Shown piece after piece: positions 1-62,084 of a stretch of DNA of 64,000 nucleotides. Numbering within the stretch: position 1 is the first letter of the stretch; each line of letters starts with the position of its first letter. Origin of the DNA: Iphione sp. A-MEVVRFRX5 (Eukaryota); the NCBI GenBank assembly GCA_976226885.1, contig OZ320322.1, positions 43,152,001 to 43,216,000 on the forward strand, written 5' to 3'. Under the pieces are notes generated by a model. It had not been told where the DNA came from and made no database searches. It worked only from the letters and a program-made list of their open reading frames with translations. The position numbers and the translations under genes are program-made.

Positions 1-397
1 ACCAAATGAAACCTATATATTATTGTAAAGAGAACAGCGATTAATTAATTAATTCACTCACTTGTGCATTTATTCATTCACCCACTCATTCTTCCATTCA
101 TTCATTCGTTCCTTCATTTATCTATGCCTCCCTGAGGTTAAGTTTCCTCCGTACACATACCCGTAATTTGTCCCCATGCATCTACTGCGCAGTATTATGT
201 AAAACAGGCAGTGCCGAACGAATCGCTGCGACCGTGGACAAGGGGAACAAAAGAATGAGTATTGTTGTTGAAGGGAGTGTCATATGGAATGTCATGTTGC
301 CAAAATGATCAAGAGTTCTTGCTATCACCATGGCTTTAAAAGATATTCTGTGCAATACGTCCAGACATATAATCACTCTCTTCATACGTTACCGCAG

Positions 398-49453
<49,056 letters not shown>

Positions 49454-50341
49454 AACTTAACCCAAGCCGCCCGCGGCCACTCTCTCCCTCCTCGGCAGCT
49501 GCAGAGCCAAGCAGAGTCACATACATATACATGTACACAGGTCGACACAAAGCAAGCACTACCAGCCTGTGGCATCTCCCTACAACAGCAGACACTCCCT
49601 ACAGTCACACAGCATACAATGACACTGTACAAAACCATCGCTTTGTTGGTTTTTTTTTTTTTTGCTTTTTTTCCCTTGGTTTCCGTTTTAACTGAAGACG
49701 GGGAGAGAGATTTTCTCTTGACCTTATTTTTATGGACTGTGAACAGATCTGCTTGGGAATGGAGGGAGAGGTGATAGTATATATACCTGTGTTATTGAAG
49801 TTATTTCTGGAAGGTTAACGGATAGGGCCTATCCTTGAATTACTGTGATAGCGTTCTCCTGCCGAAGAAGGCGAAACGACATGTTTGACTTCAGTAGGAG
49901 TCCACAATCAGAATGATACTATGTGCCTACATAGTGCCTTTTTTCTACGTGTTTAGAATTACCAGCAGATTCTGTGTATATATTGTTTTTTTTAATGTAC
50001 ATATGTCCTTTCAAGAACTACAGAGCACTTCAGATAGGAACGTACATTTTCGTCATACATTACCCTTGATATAGTCACTTATTTAAACAGTTGGTGAGAA
50101 ATACAGCAATTCTGTGATTTCCCAGTGGTCAATGAAATAACAGTAGCGTGCCCCTTCTTATCGGGAGACAAATGAGTATTGATACCTCATTGGTGTCTAC
50201 CGATAACGCTGATGCGCTTATCAGGCTGCTTCAAGGCTACCCCTTCGATTATTCACTCGTCTCATTCATAAGTTATGTATATTTTGTCGGAACACTGTGA
50301 TAGATCCTGGTCTTTCAGCAGCAGGGTCATGTATATACAAT

Positions 50342-50347
50342 AATAAA
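50342..50347 (+). terminator. Candidate polyadenylation signal of DNAH7
   Basis: AATAAA about 0.9 kb after the stop codon; another AATAAA occurs near 50485. Usage is inferred only. Confidence 0.4.
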
Positions 50348-53239
50348 CCTATTTTATTTCAAACGCCGAGAACCTTAACCATTTCGGACCATCCACGACT
50401 GTTTTAATAGTAAAGTAACGCTTACGTCTTCAAGTAGACGTTCAGGCCAGGGTGGCCAAGCCAACGCACCACATACTCGTATGAAATAAAGACATCAATC
50501 GTGACGTGTGTTCCATTGTGTTTGCATCATAATGTATTTGCACCTACCTCCCAAAACATAGTTCCGCTGCTTATTATGTATTTTAAACTATTTTATAATT
50601 CCAAACTGATCATCTAGACGGGCTCTTTTTCATCATTTACCTGTACCTTTTTCGTCTACATATACTTTTGTATTTGTAACGTTATCCTAAGTACGAGAGA
50701 GTATAAGACCACCACGGTTGTTGAGCACACACCAGCATGACAAAGGTTTAAGATCACTGAAGCTCGAACAGTAACCAAGAGAAAGCGACAGTTTCGTTGT
50801 CTAGGGAACCTCACTTTCTGTTCTCGCCAATATGTTTTAAGACATTCGAAGGGTAGACTTCTGGGACAGCAGTTTGACAAGCCACGGGCAGTTTTCATGG
50901 AAAGGAGAATTGTAATGGAAACAAGTGCAACTTTTCGTTGTCACATGAACACCTATATGAAGATTGGTTCGTAGTTTCAATGACGAATAAATAGTTAAAA
51001 TCAGTACGTGTCACTCTGCAACAGAAGCAATTTCCAATGAGGACCTACGCCAGGCACACAACAGGCAATGTGGACACGCATTTTGGCGGAGAATCATGAC
51101 ATGCAGTGCAAGTTTGACAGGACATTGGCGTGTAAATTCGCAGTGTATAGATTTTAACCGCCAGTGTAGACCTAGTTTGAAACGCCGCCGGTATGTGGCA
51201 GTGAGGACAGGCCAATATGCAGCGCAAGCTTTTTGTTTGGTTCGCATATTAACTGCTTAGTGGCACTCAGAGAAGGTGATATTGGTCAATGGTAGCGGTG
51301 CCAATTGAAGATGGCGGGGCATCCAGTAGTCGCTAATATCTAAAACACAGCAACGGTGTCATTTAGAGGATTCGTCAGTCGTTTAGAGTCCATTGGAACC
51401 GGATGTTTCACTGGAACAGAACACAGTTTAATAGGTGAGATAAAACCAAACAGGTGTAAAACCCCAGGGAGGATTGGAGGGACTCTGCTCCCCATCTGGC
51501 TGTTGCGGTTCACTTGCTACATGCACCGAGACTAGCTACGTTGGCTTCAGGTATGAAGAATTTGTTGTAACGGTGTTAATGAAACTTGAGGCTTCTTCCC
51601 ACACATCCCTATCAAAAATTTGTATTAGAGACACCCCTGTTGGGCAAAGCTGTGATAAAGCAGTAGTTCATGCACTGTTCGCTTGTAAGGGAAAGTATCA
51701 ATGGGCAGCCAGGCAGGTGCATTTGAGGGAGACGGGGAGTAAGAATGCGTATCATAGTCTCCCCCCCCCCAATCAGCAGTGTCTTTGGTCGTGCAAAGTG
51801 TATTCCGTCTGACCTTCTACCACGCCATTCACCTTTCGTCGAGAGGTAAAATCATGGACAGTGGAAAAGAGACACGAACCGCCGTCTGTGTGGCGACAGC
51901 GATGGTAAAGTCTAAGACATCGTTGGCAATGGAGAGGAATAGAAAGCCAGAGACATGATGTGCACCCTCTCTGTCTTATATCAAGGAGTGGAACGTTTTA
52001 GAATTTGTTTTTTTTTAAACAAAATTACAACAAACCCATCTTTCCTGAACAGAAGATGCTGCTCGTCTAGCACCGGTTCTAGTACATCCAATGTCCACCA
52101 GGGGTTGACAATGAGATGGTCACGTGTCCCCGCGTGGCTCACTCCTACTTACAGCTGACCTTGCAGTTGGCGGGTAGTCGTCGCACGCAGCAGAGTAAGT
52201 GGTTTAGTATACTTTTCATTTGACATACATCTCCTTCGTGTCCCTTTTTGTATTCTATTGCTAACGTTTTCATTGCTGTTCCTTTGCCTTTCTCTGTCTT
52301 TTCGTGTAGTTTTAGACCATTTGGGAGTCGTTTCATGCGCCTCTAAATGATATTATAATATGGACACAGTATTGCCACTGAGATTTGGTTGTTCGTTGGT
52401 CGTATCTATTGTTTTTTTTGCATGGTGTGCACACGTTCCTTAAAGGTATATATTGTTTGAATATGTCGGATCTTCCTTGGAGATCGCTAGGAAACGTAAC
52501 AAAGAACCTGAAGTCAGACAGGTAGCAAATGAGTGTAACATTACCACCTGCGTTGAATCACTTACGGAAGGGATCAGTGACGGATCATTTGGTACTCGTA
52601 TCCAGTCGTCATGGTTGAGCGACCATGTCATACCCTGCTACCTGTTACAATGGCTGAGAGTAAGATAATTATTCCCCATTGAGTTCGTCGATTTCGGTCC
52701 AGACAGTTCTGTGGCGAAAACATAGGTCACCAGAGACACACGCACTTATCAGGCTTGATAGGGAAAGGAGTTAGTTATCTGACTGTAGTAGCTGACTATC
52801 TTAAATCGTATATAGGTGATCACCATGAAACCTTCTACAAGTTCTTCATTTTGCTTTATCACATTTCAGCTCTGTCGATTATAGTCTACGGAACAAGGTT
52901 GCTACATATAAGCTTTGGTTTATAGGCAGAAGATTATCGCCTTTGTTAATGGATGGAGACAGAATAATGGACAGAAATTGTAGATTAGAGGGAAGGATCT
53001 GGTGGTAAGGATAGGTAGGCCTAAAGTCTCGATGAAATCTTAGGAGAAATTTAAACGATGGGACAATCACGATAATCAACATTCAGGTTGTAACCTGATA
53101 GTTAGCTTGAAAAAATAAGCTGTAGTCATACTAATTATACTAAGATGGAAGATCGGCTTGAGACGAGGACCGTGGTAGGAGGGTAGGGGGCAAGGACTCT
53201 AAACACACACATGTATGTATATGTATGTATGTGTGTATG

Positions 53240-55128
53240 TTTATTCATAGTGAAGGATCGATATACATCGATTTTCATCTTACACTAATACAGTATTGAA
53301 GTACAATGATGTGTCCTGTTTGTATCTTTTTGTGAGTCCATATCAATTTATATGTAAGGATATTATAATTTCCTTTTAAATTTACTAGTATTCAGTTATT
53401 TTCAAGAAACCGTCGTTTGTAATATTGTTTGAAATCGCCTATGGTTAACCCTGCATCTGATATACACTAATGCTGGTTGCACTCATTCTGTACCATATTC
53501 TGGACACATACATAGATGAAGTGCTTGCATACACATTTATACTAACTTGTAAATCGCCTGAATAAATTCTTGCTTTAGACAAAGAAAGGCTTGATAATAG
53601 CCCCAACCTAAACTAAGAGTTTCCGTACGTGCACTCATACAGGCCAAAGATTTCCTTGAAGCCAACCTTTGGGCTTCTTCACCATTGCTTATCAGCCTGT
53701 ACTTGCGTCCCCTATACAAGTGATAGGTAATCAAGAAGCTCACACATAAACATAGACAAACGTTAGCACACGCACAAAAACGCACTCGCAGGGACAGTCC
53801 GTACCCCACCCTCCACGCCTGAAAATAGTCCAAAGGAAACGGGTTGAGTCGTACACATCTGTACTCCCACATTGATTTCCATGATATTCTGTCTTTTCAA
53901 AGACATGGCTGACTGCTTCGAACTTCCGCTCGACATCATCCAAGCTTCTCCGGGCTTCGCTCTTGACATTGGTGAGTACATGTATGCGATCCTTCTGATT
54001 AACCAACTTTCCAGTCAGTGTATATAAATCACAGCCTCTTGCCTTCACGAGTCCATCAAGAAAGGACTCCTTGAAAGAGGTGTCCATGTACCATATCACA
54101 AGTTTCCTAATTGTCTGATATCCTTCAATCATAGTGCTTTGTAAAGACATCATGGCGTCTTGTGCTTTAAAGATGACTTTAGTACCAGTGGCAGACACCA
54201 TATATCTGCTCACTGGTATGGTGTGGTATGGTATATTTATAGGCCCATAGCCAAGACGGTATCAGTGGTATCGTCTGATACCCCCCTTCCAAGATTTATA
54301 CATATACACTTGAATAGAGGTGGTCACCAGTGTCACCAGAATGTTCCACCCCTGGCTATGGGCCTGTATTTATATTCATAGCAAAGATCGATATACATCA
54401 GTTTTTTTCTTAAACTAGTACAGTTTCAATTTACATTTGTTTGACCAGATGTGTTCCTATTATTATATCTAATTCTTGCCTTTCTGTATTAAAATGATGA
54501 CTATTTGTTAAATAGATTGGTGCATATGTTAGATACAATACTTAGTTATTTTCAAGAAACCCTGATTTGTGGTATTTTTTAAATTCTTCAATTGTTAGAC
54601 CAGCAGAAGGTTTACTATCATGACCATTCCATTCTCTCTGTACCATATTTCTAGTACTTTTAATTACTATTTCCTAATCCATGCTTTCAGATCAAATTTA
54701 TCCATGTCACCTTGTCTTGTATCAGCTGTTACATCCTTTTTTTAAATATAATTTTGTTGTTTAAAGGGTGGCAAATATTCTCTTATACATGAATATCCTT
54801 GTGTCAGCTTGTGTAATGTAATTTTTCATAGGCCAATAGACATTCATAATTTCTGTGTAGATCTTTATTTGGTATTCTTTGATCTAAATTTAATATAGCT
54901 TTGAAACTTTTGTTCTGTAACACTTGTACTCTTTTAATGTTCTTTGGTTGGTGTTCTTTGATCTAAATTTAATATCCTTTTGAAACTTTTTTATTCATAG
55001 CAAAGATCGATATATATCAATTTTCTTAAATTAGTACAGTTTCAGTTTACATTTGTTTGACCAGATGTGTTCCTATTATTTATATTTAATTCTTGCCTTT
55101 ATGTATTAAAATGATGAATAATTGTTAG
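53240..55128. repeat. Three diverged copies of an AT-rich dispersed repeat fragment (~53240-53510, ~54375-54960, ~54989-55128)
   Basis: Shared ttcatagcaaagatcgatatacatc start; shared ttagttattttcaagaaacc and gaccagatgtgttcctattatt blocks. Confidence 0.7.
53740..54213 (-). CDS. Unassigned open frame, possible exon of a minus-strand gene or TE fragment
   Basis: 157-codon stop-free frame with globular-looking composition (FKESFLDGLVKARGCDLYTLTGKLVNQKDRIHVL); AG acceptor candidate at 54214-54213; no family recognised. Confidence 0.35.
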   Translation of the reverse strand: MSRYMVSATGTKVIFKAQDAMMSLQSTMIEGYQTIRKLVIWYMDTSFKESFLDGLVKARGCDLYTLTGKLVNQKDRIHVLTNVKSEARRSLDDVERKFEAVSHVFEKTEYHGNQCGSTDVYDSTRFLWTIFRRGGWGTDCPCECVFVRVLTFVYVYV

Positions 55129-55375
55129 ATCGATAAACAAACTATATTGGCCGTAATACAGATCCTTGTGGCACTCCATATCCATTTTTATTAAAATGTG
55201 ACAGATGTTTGCCGATTCTAGTTAGATGTTTTCTATTACTGAGATAACTTGATAGTAGTTTCACAGCACTAGATGATAAATCTTAAGAATCAAGTTTCAG
55301 TAGAAAATATATATGTGATACAGTATCAAAAGCCTTTTGTAAGTCCAGATATGTAACAATTAGTATTTCTCTGTC

Positions 55376-56881
55376 ATGTATATAAAAACTATGTACAAGG
55401 CAAATAACCCTGCCATATCGCAGACAGACTTCTGCATGAGGTTTTCACTGAAATGGGGTTTTGCTGTGCCCCGTTCGACCATGTCAGATATTCTGAAGAA
55501 ATCAGCTCATTTGATCAACCTCTCCACTGATGAAGGCAACCTATGTCGTCAGAGGTCACCAGCCCAGTCCAAGCTTGACCAGGCACTGATGATATGGTTC
55601 AGCGATATATGATCTACGGGAGGTCTGCTGAGCGATAAGCTGATGATTGAAAAGGCAACCACTTTGGGTGGACAACTGGGCGGCACAAATTTCAACTGTA
55701 GCAAAGGTTGGCTATGTCGTTTCCAGACAAGAAACAGTATAAAAGGCTTCAGACAACATGGAGAGGCCACATCTATCAATCTACACCAAGTTCAGGACGG
55801 TCATGCAGCCCTCCAGGAATCCCTCCAGGGATTTGATCCTGATGATATCTACAGCGTAGATGAAATGGGCCTATTCTATAGGCTCAAGCTAAACTCAACC
55901 CTTGCAACTGGGCCAGTCAAGGGAGAGAAAAAGAACAAGGATCGCATCACTGTCATGTTTGCATGTAATGCCACCAGGAAAGACAAGATTAGACCTATGG
56001 TGATTGGGAAATCAGCAAAACCTAGGTTTTTCTCCGGGGGATTTGATCCTGGGATGTACTGTCACTATAGGAATAACCAGAAGGTGTGGATGACATCGAC
56101 TGTGTGGGCCAACTACCTGCAGATGCTAAACCAATGAGTGAAGGGGCAAGGTCATCGCTATCTATTGCTCTGTGACAATGCTGGATCACACAAGACCAGA
56201 GAGACATTCTCAAATTAGTCCATCAAGTTTCTTCCCCCCAATATCACTTCACACATCCAACCACTTGATGCTGGAACAATTGCCTCTTTCAAAGCTCAAT
56301 ATAGGAAGAGGCTGATAAGACCCTACCTAGACTGCTTGGACAGAGATGAACCCATGGCCACTGACTTGAGAAGGGCTATCTTAATACTCCATGAGGCCTG
56401 GGGATTGGTCACCCAGACAACAATCAAGAAGTGCTGGGACCATGTCCAAATCCTGCCTGGGTTGACCACGTCTGAGGAAGACTTCTCAGATGAAGATGAG
56501 ATGCCCTTGTCCGAGCTGCAGAAACTTCTGCAGGCAATGCCCAGTGACAATGGGCAACCACTCATGTCAGCTGAGGACTACAACCAAGTGGATGCTGAGG
56601 CTGAAACAGTAGGGGAAATGACTGATGAGGCCATCCTCAGTCTGGTAACAGAGTCTGAGGTGACAGAGGCTGAGGTGACAGGAGATGACACTGAAGACAT
56701 TGCCCCACCTCCAGTCACCCTCAAAGAAGTAACAAGATCATTAGATCTTTTGGTTAGGGTGTGTGAAGAACAACAAGATCTTCCTGGAGTGCAATTTCTC
56801 AGAGGCCTCTTGGAGAGAACACACAAGTCACACAAAGGGGCAAGACAAACCTTTATCAAGGACTTTTTCAAAGGAAAATGA
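55376..56881 (+). mobile_element. pogo/Tigger-family (CENP-B HTH + DDE_1) transposase pseudogene
   Basis: Three ORF pieces in one frame: RSTMSDIL (HTH), SKGWLCRF, VDEMGLFY, KDRITVMFACNA, NQKVWMT, CDNAGSH, PNITSHIQPLDAG, QTFIKDFF. In-frame stops at 55610, 56135 and 56216. Possible right TIR gaggttcatctg+TA at 57291-57304; left TIR not found. Confidence 0.9.
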
Positions 56882-57737
56882 TTCTTTGGACTGTCTGATG
56901 CATACATTTTACTTTTTAAAAAATTTTTTCCCCACCATTTTGTTATTTATTGTTGTTTATCCCTTCTGCATAAATATTACATGTGTTATCTGTTCCTGGC
57001 AATAATAAAAACCCTTATCCCTAACTGAAATTGAATGTGTCATTATTTTCCAGACTTTCATAAATATCCTTGCATCCATATTCTACTATAATGACAGTTT
57101 TTCCCACTAGGAGACACATGAGAAGCCCTTAACATCAATATAGATTGATAAACAATACTATATTTCAATATCGATTTGGTTCCCATATTTTACTATTATG
57201 AGAGTTTTCCCCTCCAGGAGACAAATTTTCGCACTCCGGATTATTCACCATCCATATAAAATATCAGTATCCTGAGGTACTCCAGATAGTGAGGTTCATC
57301 TGTATATGTCCAGGCTGAATGAAGTTTTTTCTTTTCTTACTTCAAAGAACTTCTTGCGAGTTTCCTCTGGTAGATCCTCATTTATATATACATTCTTCTG
57401 ATATCATGCTAGTCTGGCTCTTTTAATGTATACGTTGTTCTTCATAGCTTGCTTCAAAAATGAGACAATTAATGGTCTTACATGATCTTGATCTTGATCA
57501 TTCTCCTGCCCTATTTTGTACACCTACCCGGTCTAGATCTTCATCTTGTACTTCAGGTTCCACCTGCAGGTGTTTGCACATGTTCTTGACCCTTCTTAGA
57601 TCAGTTTCATTTGTTTCATTCAGTCCAATGAATCAGATTGTCTTAGCCTTCAATGATGCATCGAGTATTGTAGTTATCATTTTCTGTCTTGTCAGGCCGG
57701 GTTCAATTGTTCCTATCATCTCTTCATTATTATCTGC

Positions 57738-59793
57738 AATCCGTTTTGCTCTATGAGCTTTCATTGCGGAGCTATGCGGGGTTTCGTGCGGAACCGCAAG
57801 GTTCCTGGATCACCTCTAAACTTGCCGGTCCTACCCCCTGGAGTTCTGCGGACGTCCGGAGCGAGTTTGGAGGTGCCACAACCACCAGGAGAGACAAAAA
57901 CAACGTTTTTGCCCACTTAATTTTCTAATCGGATCTATATAGACCCTCTGGCCTGCAACAAGATGATGAAATCCGTTTCGCTCTACGAGTGCTCGTTGCG
58001 GAGCTATGGGTGGTTTCGTGCGGAACCGCAAAGTTCCCGGATCACCACCAAACTCGCGACTCCTGCACTTGGGGGTTCTGTGGATGTACAGAGCGAGTTT
58101 GGAGGTGCCACAACTACCAGAAGAGACAAAAACAACGTTTTTGTCTGGCTGTTTTTCTTAACGGAAATATACAGACCTCTTGGCCTGCAACATTATGGTG
58201 GAATCCATTTTGCTCTACGAGCTTTCGTTGCGGAGCTATTGGTGGTTTTGTCCGGAACATTAAGGTCCATGGATCAGCACCAAACTCGCCAGTCCTACCC
58301 TTGGGGGTTTTGTGGTTACCCTGAGCGAGTTTGGATGTGCCACAACCACAAGGAGAGACAAAAACGACATTTTTTGTCCACTTAATTTTCTCATCTGACT
58401 TTTCTCATCGGACCTATATAGATCTCCTGGCCCGCAACACAATGGTGAAATCCGTGCTGCTCTATGAGCCTTCGTTGCGGAGCTATGGGTGGTTTTGGGC
58501 GGAGCCCCTAGGCCTCCGGATGGGCACCAAACTCGCCAGTCCTACCCTCTGGGGTCCTGTGGACATTTGGAGCGAGTGTGGAGGTGCCACAACCACCAGG
58601 AGTGGCAAAAACGACAGTTTTGTCCACTTAAATTTCTCAGCGACTCTATATAGATCACTTGGCCTGCAACACAATGGTGAAATCCGTTTTGCTCTATGAG
58701 CCTTCGTTGCGGAGCTATGGGTGTTTTTTTGCGGAACCGCTAGGTTCCCGCATCACCACCAAACTCGCCAGTCCTACCCTAGGGGGTGTTGTGGACATTC
58801 TGAGCAAGTTTGGAGGTGCCACAACCACCAGGAAGGACAAAAACAATGTTTTTGTCCAGTTGAACTGCAAGGTTCCCGTATCACCACCAAACTCGACAGT
58901 CCTACCCTCGGGGGTCTGGTGGACATCCTGAGCAAGTTTGGAGGTGCCACAACCACCAGGAGAGACAAAAACGATGTTTTTGTCCACCTAAATTTCTTAT
59001 CGGATCTATATAGATCTTTTGGCCCGCAACAAAACGCTTAAATCCGTTTTGCTCTACGAGCTCTCGGTGCGGAGCCATGGGTGGTTGCGTGCGGAACCAT
59101 AAGGTCTCCGGATCACCACCAAACTCACCAGTCCTACCCTTTGGGGCTCTGAGGATGTCCGGAGTAAGTTTGGGGGCTCCACAACCACCGGGATTTGCAA
59201 AAACGATGGTTTCGCCCACTTAATTCTCCCAGCAGATCTATTTAGATCTCCTGGCCCGCAACATGATGGTGAAATCCGTCTTAATCTACGAGCTTGCGTT
59301 GCGGAGTTATCGGTGGTTCCGGGCAGAACCGCAAGGTTCCTGGATCGCCACCAAATTTGCCAGTCCTACCCTCTGGGGTCCTGTAGACAGTCGGAGTGAG
59401 TTTGGAGGCACTACAACCACCAGGAGTGGCAAAAACGATGGGTTTGCCCGATTCATTTCTTGACGGATACGTACAGATCCTTTGGCCCGCAACATGATGA
59501 TGAGAACCATTTTGCTCTACGAGTTTTCGTTGCGGAGATATCAGTGGTTTTGTGCAGAACAGCGAGGCTCCTGGTTTGCCACCAAATGCGCCAGTCCTAC
59601 CCTCTGGGGTCCCTTGGATGTCCAGAGTGAGTTTGGAGGCGCTACAACCACCAGGGGTGGCAAAAACGACGTCTTTGTCCACTTAAATTTCTTATCGGAT
59701 CCATATAGATCCCTTGGCCCGCAACGCGATGGTGAAATCCATTTTGCTCTATGAGCTTCCATTGCGGAGCTATGGGTGGTGTTGGTGTGGAAC
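57738..59793. repeat. Tandem satellite array, ~232-bp monomer, about 9 copies
   Basis: aatccgttttgctctacgag anchor at 57738, 57970, 58202, 58449, 58681, 59041, 59273, ~59505 and 59736; one 15-bp insertion and one partial monomer. Confidence 0.95.
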
Positions 59794-61596
59794 AAAGCCA
59801 TACCCCTAGCCCATTTGTACAGCATGAACATCGGGCTGGACAAGAACCAGGCCCTCCGGGCAGCAAGGGGAGACTTCGAGGGCCCGGCCTCACTGTCGGA
59901 GCGATCCAAGAGGGACTTGCAATGGTGGCTGCGACACGTGAGCCGAGACGAAAGGGCCATCAAAGACCCCCCCCGTGCACGTCGAGATATACACCGACGC
60001 GTCAAAGACGGGCTGGGGAATGTATGTGGAAACGACAGGAGAGCCCTACAGGGAGGCCTGGTCGACCAACACAGCCCGTAGACACATCAACGAACTGGAT
60101 ATCTTCTAGCTGACTTACGTGGACAGTTGAGACGACCCTAATCGCCCAGTAGACCACTGGCAGTACATAACAGCGGGGACGATCCGAACCGTCGAGACGC
60201 TTGAAGGGCCAAAACCTTGTCGGGTACCCTCAGGGAACACCCGCAGATAATCAGGCCAGTCACCTGGAACTGGGCCTCTGACTACACAGGCGGCCAAAAC
60301 CGTGACTCTGGTTGAGGTCATCCCGGTTACGAGGAAATGGGACCTATGATCCGACACGCCAGCACCCCTCCGGGAAAAAAGAGGGGGGGGGCACAGGTAG
60401 CCAGTAGGGCTGCTGGAGAGGCACTAGAGAGGACAAGATGGCCTGCCTCATTATTGAAGTCTGTAACAGCCCCCATGCCAGGAGCTCACAAACCCTAAAC
60501 CGGATGATTAGGGAGGTCGGGCCAAACCTCTGACCAGCCCTCGGAGAGCTGGCCAAGTGGGGAGAGGCCCACACCCTCAGCCTGGAGGCAGCGACCAAGA
60601 AGACTATCACGCTGTGCCTCCTGGCCTCCGGCCAAAGGGTACAAACCCAACAGGTGACAAAACAGTCGGATGTATGATTCTAACATGACGTGTGCCACAT
60701 CCGGGTCTCAGGCCGCCTCAAACACTCTAGGGACATGTTTGGAAACCCCACACTGACTTTCAAGACATTGGGGGACAAATCAATGTGCGTGTATGAACAC
60801 TTGGCAACCTACACCGCCGCCACCAACATGTTCGCCCACAAAGGGGCCCTGCCCATCGGGTACTCGCATAAGATGCCAGTGACGGGTACCACCTTGGCCG
60901 AGTACACGAAAGACACCCTCAAGGCGTGCGGCCTTGACACAGACAAGCTCACCGCCCACAGCACGAGATCCGCGCCCATGAGCAAGGACTCCAGATGGGC
61001 CTGCCACTGGACACCATCCTAAAAGCAGGCGGGTGGGCGGGTCAATCGATCCCCACCCGATTCTACCGGAAGTGACTCGCCAGGTACAAGTGGTCGGCTG
61101 CACAATCCTTGAGAGTGCGCAGACCACGTGAACTGTAGATAGGCTGGTAAACCTAGTACGAGCAGCTCTGTGATGGCATTGCTCTGTCTGGTTGGTTGTA
61201 TTCACTCACTCACATTGACGTGTTTCCAGAAATAAAGGTCTACAGCCAAATCTTTTCTCAATTTGGGCCTTTTGAGTGCCTTTATTGGGGTAGAAGGACT
61301 TTGCTCCCGATTCCCCCATCGTCTTCGGGCATCACCTCGGGCCTTGCGGCACTCCTCAGTGAGCTGAGCGAGAGTCCAGGTGCCGGGATACTAGCGCGGT
61401 ACACAAATCTTCCCTTGGTATGACGTCACTGACCACGTGATTAATACTCTAATTAAACTAGTTTACAACGTTTGATTAGGATTAATCTAGTGGGAATAGT
61501 GACGTCATACTAAGGGCCCGCCCTGGGTAACCTCGAATCCACATTGGCGTAGGACTCGGTTCCCTTCCTCACCCAGATCAGCCAGTATCCCGGCAC
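59794..61596 (+). mobile_element. 5'-truncated, frameshifted DIRS-type retrotransposon (RT connection/RNase H, tyrosine recombinase, right end)
   Basis: RDLQWWL; VEIYTDASKTGWG...HINELD (RNase H, 59981-60109); TLCLLASGQRVQT; LTAHSTRSA and GLPLDTILKAGGW...RFYRK (YR catalytic region, 60957-61075); inverted arms at 61380-61430 and 61498-61596. Confidence 0.85.
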
Positions 61597-62084
61597 CAGA
61601 ATTGGCAAATAATGACTAGAAGCGCGCACGGCTCTTCTCTTCCACCACAGTCCTTGTCTCTTGAGCTTCTTCTCTAATCTGTGACACATTGTTAGTCAGT
61701 TCAGTCAGGAAATCTTCATTTCTCTCCTGGAACTCGTTCATAGCCTGATCTACGACCTCTTCCATAATGGACCCATTGATTAAACAAAAATCAAACCAGG
61801 TGGCGCAAGTGAATATGACCTATATACGCTAGACCTCGGCAAGGGTTTAGAGTCTCTACTAAATCCTATGTAAATTGTGATACTTTGACCTGCTGCATCT
61901 CTGTTATTTCTCCACAGAAATCTGTCAAAATTTGTACGAATAATCTTTAATACCTTATCTATATATATGCCAAACCATTTTTTCCTACCTTACATAGTTT
62001 TTCCATGGCGACCTGAGAAAGATCACCCTCTTTCTTCTAATATGTCAGCTAAGCCATGTGGCAATGTTTGCCGAGGTAGGACTG

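Noticed and set aside
51308-51317. YY1-like AAGATGGCGG motif suggesting a plus-strand promoter
   Set aside because: The following ATG closes after 10 codons and I could not build a consistent downstream exon chain.
57738-59793. Possible CRISPR-like array or coding repeat (several ORFs called across it)
   Set aside because: Monomers are contiguous ~232-bp diverged units with no unique spacers, in a eukaryotic context; the ORFs are incidental to the repeat.
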